Shown here piece after piece: positions 59,539 through 64,000 of a stretch of 64,000 nt of DNA (the first letter of the stretch is position 1; each line of letters opens with the position of its first letter). This DNA is from an uncultured Bacteroides sp. (GTDB lineage Bacteria; Bacteroidota; Bacteroidia; Bacteroidales; Muribaculaceae): contig CAZNRK010000001.1 in assembly GCA_964575435.1 (NCBI GenBank), positions 38,145-102,144 of the forward strand, read 5' to 3'. Position numbers and translations under genes: made by a program. The notes beneath the pieces are model-generated. The model made no database searches. It had not been told where the DNA came from and saw only the letters and a list, made by a program, of their open reading frames with translations.

Positions 59539-60414
59539 TCAGCGGGTTCGGCGGGTTTTGAAAAGAGCTAACAGGGCTTTAACGTAGTCCTCGTCAGTGG
59601 AGATGGAGGTGAAATCCACACGCGCTTGGCGCAGAGCTTCGCCCATGGCTTGCTGGCGGTCGTACCACCAACGGCTGTAGGCATTTCTCACGGCAGCCGA
59701 CGATGTGTCGACCCATTGCAGCCCTCCTGTCTCAAGATCGCGAAGATGCATGAGTCCGACATTCGGGAGCGTGGCATCGCGCTTGTCGTAGACCTGCAGA
59801 GCCATGATTTCATGGCGATTACAGGCCACGGAGAGGGCTTTGCGATAATCAACCGTGTCAATAAAGTCGCTGATGAGGAAGGTTGTGCACCGGCGCTTGA
59901 TGGCATCAGCAAAATATTCCACAGCGCGTGCTATGTTAGTGCCGGTTGATGTGGGCGTGAAGTCCAAAAGCTCACGGATGATGAAAAGGATGTGCTTCTT
60001 ACCTTTTTTCGGAGGGATAAATTTCTCAATTTTGTCTGAAAAGAAGATTGCACCGATTTTGTCGTTGTTCTGGATAGCGGAAAAGGCAATCGTGGCGGCA
60101 ATCTCGGCTATCATGTCGCGCTTGGCCTCGCCCACAGCGCCGAAATTCCGGCTGCCGGAGACATCGACCAGGAGCATCACCGTGAGTTCGCGTTCCTCTT
60201 CATAGACCTTGATGTATGGATGATTATGACGAGCCGTAACGTTCCAATCGATGTCGCGGATATCGTCGCCGTATTGATATTCTCTGACCTCAGAAAACAT
60301 CATACCTCTGCCCTTGAAGGTCGAGTGGTACTCGCCGGCAAAGATATTCTGCGACAAGGCTCGCGATTTAATCTCGATCTTGCGTACTTTCTTTAATAAT
60401 TCGTTGGCATCCAT
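59539..60414 (-). CDS. DUF58 domain protein
   Basis: FSEVREYQYGDDIRDIDWNVTAR, EEERE, ISDF. Confidence 0.95.
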   Translation of the reverse strand: MDANELLKKVRKIEIKSRALSQNIFAGEYHSTFKGRGMMFSEVREYQYGDDIRDIDWNVTARHNHPYIKVYEEERELTVMLLVDVSGSRNFGAVGEAKRDMIAEIAATIAFSAIQNNDKIGAIFFSDKIEKFIPPKKGKKHILFIIRELLDFTPTSTGTNIARAVEYFADAIKRRCTTFLISDFIDTVDYRKALSVACNRHEIMALQVYDKRDATLPNVGLMHLRDLETGGLQWVDTSSAAVRNAYSRWWYDRQQAMGEALRQARVDFTSISTDEDYVKALLALFKTRRTR

Positions 60415-60423
60415 AGCGTTGGG

Positions 60424-61419
60424 TTAGGGCACCTGCACTTTGTCGAGGATTTCTGTAATGATTTCGTCAGTAGTGATGTTGTTGGCCTCTGCCTCATAAG
60501 TCACGCCGATGCGGTGGCGCAGCACGTCGTGGCACACAGCGATCACATCTTCGGGCACCACGTAGCCGCGGCCGTGGATAAAGGCGTAAGCTCTGGCGGC
60601 GCGTGCCAGGGAGATCGAGGCGCGAGGCGATGCACCGAAAGCTATGATGCTGGTCAGGTCGCTCAATCCGCACTCAGCGGGGAAGCGAGTGGCGAAAACG
60701 ATGTCTACGATATAGCGCTCGATTTTCTCATCCACATAAATCTGCTCCACGATCTTCTGCGCTTCGATCACTTCAGAAGGCTTGATCAGGGGAGTCACGT
60801 GCTTGTACTCGTTGGCGATGTTCTGGCGGATGATGATCTTCTCCTCTTCTTTTGAGGGGTAACCGATCACGACCTTCATCAGAAAACGGTCAACTTGCGC
60901 CTCAGGCAGGGGATAAGTGCCCTCTTGCTCGATGGGGTTCTGTGTGGCCATCACCAGGAAGGGTTTGTCCAGAGCGAAGGTGTTGTCGCCAATAGTGACC
61001 TGGCGCTCCTGCATTGCCTCAAGCAGAGCCGACTGCACCTTGGCCGGAGCGCGGTTGATTTCATCAGCAAGCACAAAGTTGGCGAAAATCGGTCCTTTCT
61101 TTACCTGAAACACTTCGTTCTTCACACTGTAGACCATCGTACCGATCACATCGGCAGGGAGAAGGTCAGGGGTGAACTGTATGCGAGAGTACTTGCCATC
61201 GATCAGTTGGGCAAGCGTTTTGATAGCGAGGGTCTTAGCCAGACCGGGCACACCTTCAAGCAGGACGTGGCCGTTGGCGAGCATAGCGATAAGGAGGGAT
61301 TCAACCAGATGTTTCTGACCCACGATGGTCTGGTCCATGCCATGAGTGATGAGAGAGATGAAGTCGCTCTTGGAGGCGACAATAGCGTTAAGATCGCGGA
61401 TATTTACAGAATCGCTCAT
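60424..61419 (-). CDS. moxR: MoxR-family AAA+ ATPase
   Basis: GVPGLAKT, RIQFTPDLLP, DEINRA, ATQNP, GASPR; start moved to MSDSVNI. Confidence 0.95.
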   Translation of the reverse strand: MSDSVNIRDLNAIVASKSDFISLITHGMDQTIVGQKHLVESLLIAMLANGHVLLEGVPGLAKTLAIKTLAQLIDGKYSRIQFTPDLLPADVIGTMVYSVKNEVFQVKKGPIFANFVLADEINRAPAKVQSALLEAMQERQVTIGDNTFALDKPFLVMATQNPIEQEGTYPLPEAQVDRFLMKVVIGYPSKEEEKIIIRQNIANEYKHVTPLIKPSEVIEAQKIVEQIYVDEKIERYIVDIVFATRFPAECGLSDLTSIIAFGASPRASISLARAARAYAFIHGRGYVVPEDVIAVCHDVLRHRIGVTYEAEANNITTDEIITEILDKVQVP

Positions 61420-61586
61420 AAAGATATTTAAAATATGTCTTATAAAACTATTTCGAGGGGGAGTCTTCCCCAATGCAAAATTACTTATTAAACGCCTAAT
61501 AAGTTAATTAAGAATGTTAAATTTGTATATATTTCCTTTATCATCCCGAAGTCTTAACCTTATTTAGCATTTACAAAAAGGTTGAC

Positions 61587-61705
61587 GGTGTGTCATAATA
61601 GGTAATCTGCGGCGTTGCTTTAGGAATTCGGCTTCGGTCACATACTTTTGTATGCTCCCATAGCCTAATCCTCAACGCCTTGCATCACACCCATTCTGAA
61701 ACACC
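61587..61705. repeat. Imperfect long palindrome (MITE/REP-like element)
   Basis: Ends ggtgtgtcataat / attctgaaacacc are 11/13 complementary; inner arms ggcgttg/caacgcc and catac/gtatg. Confidence 0.6.
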
Positions 61706-61709
61706 TTAA

Positions 61710-61746
61710 GAGGGTGTGTCAAAAAATAGAATTTTGACACACCCTC
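61710..61746. repeat. Perfect 15-bp inverted repeat, may act as terminator
   Basis: gagggtgtgtcaaaa-N7-ttttgacacaccctc, downstream of the ECF operon. Confidence 0.85.
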
Positions 61747-61782
61747 GTAGAGTAAAGAGAAGAATGTGAAAAAGTAAAAGTT

Positions 61783-62265
61783 TTATTTTTTGCCGTTGGC
61801 CTTGATGTGGCGGTGACGGCGGATGAGTTGTTGGGTGAACTTGCGTTCGGCGTTTTTGAGGCTTAAAAGTTGTCTGGGTGATAGCACATCCTTGAGCTTC
61901 TCGTAATATTGTTCTTCGATTTCTCCTTCGCGCTTTTTCTGCTGATACACAGCGGCTGCGGCTGCGCTAAGCTCTGTGTCTGAGGCCTTGTCGTCAGCCA
62001 TCACCTTCTGCTCCAGATCGCGGGTTTCAGATGAGATGCGGGTGAGCTGGTCGTCCATCTCATCGTAGATGGGGAAGAATTTCTCTTGTTCGGCCTTGCT
62101 CAGCCCCAGCTCCTTGATGAGGAATTCGTGCTTGAAATTCCGAAGCTCGGTGATCCATTTCTGGCGGTCGTCGTCAGCCGTCTGTTTTCCTTTGTCCTGA
62201 GCTGATGCGCCAAGGGCAAAGAGGCTGAAAAGAGCGGCAACAATATAAATGTGGAGGTATCTCAT
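61783..62265 (-). CDS. Secreted helical protein (Spy/CpxP-like), third gene of the ECF operon
   Basis: Signal peptide; ELGLS..EQEKFFPIY, LSPRQL motifs. Confidence 0.75.
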   Translation of the reverse strand: MRYLHIYIVAALFSLFALGASAQDKGKQTADDDRQKWITELRNFKHEFLIKELGLSKAEQEKFFPIYDEMDDQLTRISSETRDLEQKVMADDKASDTELSAAAAAVYQQKKREGEIEEQYYEKLKDVLSPRQLLSLKNAERKFTQQLIRRHRHIKANGKK

Positions 62266-62270
62266 GGATG

Positions 62271-62705
62271 TTATTGTTCAAAATGAATGTCTGATGGAAT
62301 GGAATCTGCAAAGATCTCAAAATCGAGGCCTTCATCCATAATATCGTCAATCACGTCCCATTGGCTCACATCGTCAATGATGTATTCATTGACAAAGTTG
62401 TCATTTCCGAGAGCGTCGGCAAGAATGGGGCTATGCTCGAATGAGGTGGAGCCGCCTGACATCAGAGTAAACATCTTGAGCATGCACCACACACCGGCAA
62501 ACATCGCAGCCATATATACATAAGGCCTCACGCGGTGCCAGAATGAGCGGGGAGCTTTCAGAGTCGACTCTTTGGCCGAGGATTCCAGTTCGTTTTCGGG
62601 CAAAGAAGCAGCCATACGCTTTGCGAAGTCGGAAAAATAGCCTTCGGGGACGGTCAGGCCATCCTGTCGGTTAAGTTTGCCAAGTATGTCTTTTTCTTCG
62701 TTCAT
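62271..62705 (-). CDS. Putative single-TM anti-sigma factor
   Basis: VPEGYF motif, YMAAMFAG TM; follows the ECF sigma; start moved to MNEEKD. Confidence 0.75.
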   Translation of the reverse strand: MNEEKDILGKLNRQDGLTVPEGYFSDFAKRMAASLPENELESSAKESTLKAPRSFWHRVRPYVYMAAMFAGVWCMLKMFTLMSGGSTSFEHSPILADALGNDNFVNEYIIDDVSQWDVIDDIMDEGLDFEIFADSIPSDIHFEQ

Positions 62706-62782
62706 TGCCGTTTGTTTAATTTTACTTCTATGACTCAAAAGAGGCGTAATGGTTTAATCTATGCGATTAATTTTATTCGGGA

Positions 62783-63340
62783 TTATTCAAGATCAGAGAA
62801 ATATTGCTCTATCTTCTTCACAGCCAGGTGGTAAGACGCTTTCAGAGCGCCCACCGATGTGCCGAGGATTTGCGACATTTCTTCGTATTTCATCTCGTCG
62901 AAATATTTCATATTGAAGACAAGACGCTGTTTTTCCGGTAGCGAGGCTATGGCCAGTCGCAACTGTTTCTGCAATTCGTCGCCGTCAAAATGGGCGTCTG
63001 CTTCGATGAGTGCGGCAAGCGGGGCTTCGCCATCGTCAATGCTTACGCTTTGCCTGCGTTTGAGCTTGTCGAGGTGGGTGATGCTCTCGTTCACAGCGAT
63101 TTTGTAGAGCCACGTCGAGAGTTTTGCATCTCCACGAAATGCGTCGAGCGATTGCCACGCCTTCATGAATGTGTTCTGCAGCAGGTCGTTAGCATCATCA
63201 TGGCTCTGCACCATGCGTCGTATTTGCCAGTACAGAGGCTCCGTGTATGCAGCTATGACTTCTGTAAAAGCCTGCCTGCACGTTTCCGGATCGCGGAGAC
63301 GCGCAATAAGTTCTGGATTCTCAGCAGGATAATCAGCCAT
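62783..63340 (-). CDS. ECF-type RNA polymerase sigma factor
   Basis: DLLQNTFMKAW..FRGD..LSTWLYKIAVN; YEEMS..LGTSVGALKASYH. Confidence 0.95.
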   Translation of the reverse strand: MADYPAENPELIARLRDPETCRQAFTEVIAAYTEPLYWQIRRMVQSHDDANDLLQNTFMKAWQSLDAFRGDAKLSTWLYKIAVNESITHLDKLKRRQSVSIDDGEAPLAALIEADAHFDGDELQKQLRLAIASLPEKQRLVFNMKYFDEMKYEEMSQILGTSVGALKASYHLAVKKIEQYFSDLE

Positions 63341-63467
63341 AGCAGTTTACACACATTAAAAAATCACTCAAATTTACGCATAATATTCCACCCTCGCAAA
63401 TTCAACCCCAATTTTTCAGAATTTTTTAGAAAAACCGCCGCTGAAACTAAAGAGTTGTAATGCACCT

Positions 63468-63506
63468 AAAGGGGCCGTGGCATATTGTTCATGTGCCACA
63501 GCCCCT
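63468..63506 (-). terminator. Hairpin terminator after rpsU
   Basis: Stem aggggctgtggcacat/atatgccacggcccct with short T run. Confidence 0.7.
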
Positions 63507-63538
63507 GTATGGGTGTCAGTGAGAAGGTGAGTGGAGTG

Positions 63539-63730
63539 TTATTCCTCTGCAGCGCGCAGTTGCTGCACGTAGATTGCCTTCATCATTTTTTTGCGGTTGG
63601 CAACCGAGGGTTTAACAAAAGCCTGGCGGCTGCGAAGCTCTTTTACGATGCCGGTCTTTTCAAATTTACGTTTGAACTTTTTTAAAGCTCTTTCGATGTT
63701 CTCGCCTTCTTTTACTTGTACGATGATCAT
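63539..63730 (-). CDS. rpsU: 30S ribosomal protein bS21
   Basis: V.VKEGENIERALKKFKRK...ELRSRQAFVKPS. Confidence 0.97.
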   Translation of the reverse strand: MIIVQVKEGENIERALKKFKRKFEKTGIVKELRSRQAFVKPSVANRKKMMKAIYVQQLRAAEE

Positions 63731-63859
63731 TTTTTAGTATTGAGTTTTTATTTGTTTGATTTCACTTTGGTTTTTGCGACGCAAAATTACTGATAAGTTT
63801 TGAATTAGCAAAATTTTGCCGCATAAAAATCTCAAAAAAATCTCATGAAGGGCAAATTT

Positions 63860-64000
63860 TTACTGTTCGTCCAGGGGATTTGGCTCGTCGGGGTGGGTGT
63901 ACCACCGGGAATAGAGCAGATAATTGCGTGCGATCTTGCGGTTAATCTCCTGACTCTGTGCCGGGTCGACCATCTTGATAAACTTTGCCGGCGCGCCTCC
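63860..64000 (-). CDS. C-terminal end of a probable gamma carbonic anhydrase family protein (partial)
   Basis: GGAPAKFIKMVDPAQSQEINRKIARNYLLYSRWY..., typical gamma-CA C-terminal helix. Confidence 0.7.
   Translation of the reverse strand, partial: GGAPAKFIKMVDPAQSQEINRKIARNYLLYSRWYTHPDEPNPLDEQ

Noticed and set aside
53132-61419. moxR-DUF58-batABCDE as a novel system
   Set aside because: Already described Bacteroides aerotolerance operon in its standard order
63369-63398. Possible dif site
   Set aside because: Only a XerC-like half is present; no TTATGTTAAAT-like XerD arm
63731-63760. Autoregulatory Shine-Dalgarno upstream of rpsU
   Set aside because: The leader is A-rich (aaactcaatactaaaaaATG) with no SD

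Overview
A 64-kb, gene-dense stretch of core chromosome from a Bacteroidales bacterium. The TTTG-N19/21-TAnnTTTG promoters, A-rich SD-less starts and bat operon support this; Muribaculaceae-like is my inference. It carries about 60 CDS: the grpE end, dnaJ, a GH84 hexosaminidase, xerC-hpf, lgt, lptG-like, tgt, glnS, murF-ddl, radA, priA, mscL, aroK, rnhA, relA, lysC, ispE, ridA, clpC, the moxR-batABCDE operon, rpsU and three ECF sigma factors, plus two identical tRNA-Arg(ACG) genes. I found no prophage, CRISPR array or transposase. The best candidate for an undescribed system is a tandem pair of paralogous genes (50160-51425). They share an unrecognised N-terminal domain (DTVDWDW motif) and an 8-Cys DnaJ-like zinc finger, have their own promoter and are divergent from clpC. 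Other leads: an orphan glycosyltransferase / FrhB-like Fe-S protein / pyruvyltransferase triad; a 53-aa ORF missed by the ORF track; a ~70-nt candidate sRNA; a strong Shine-Dalgarno in front of hpf; a membrane-anchored MurF with a long Ddl; a degenerate alanine dehydrogenase; a heptamer repeat tract; and a MITE/REP-like palindromic element. All family assignments come from motif recognition, not database searches.
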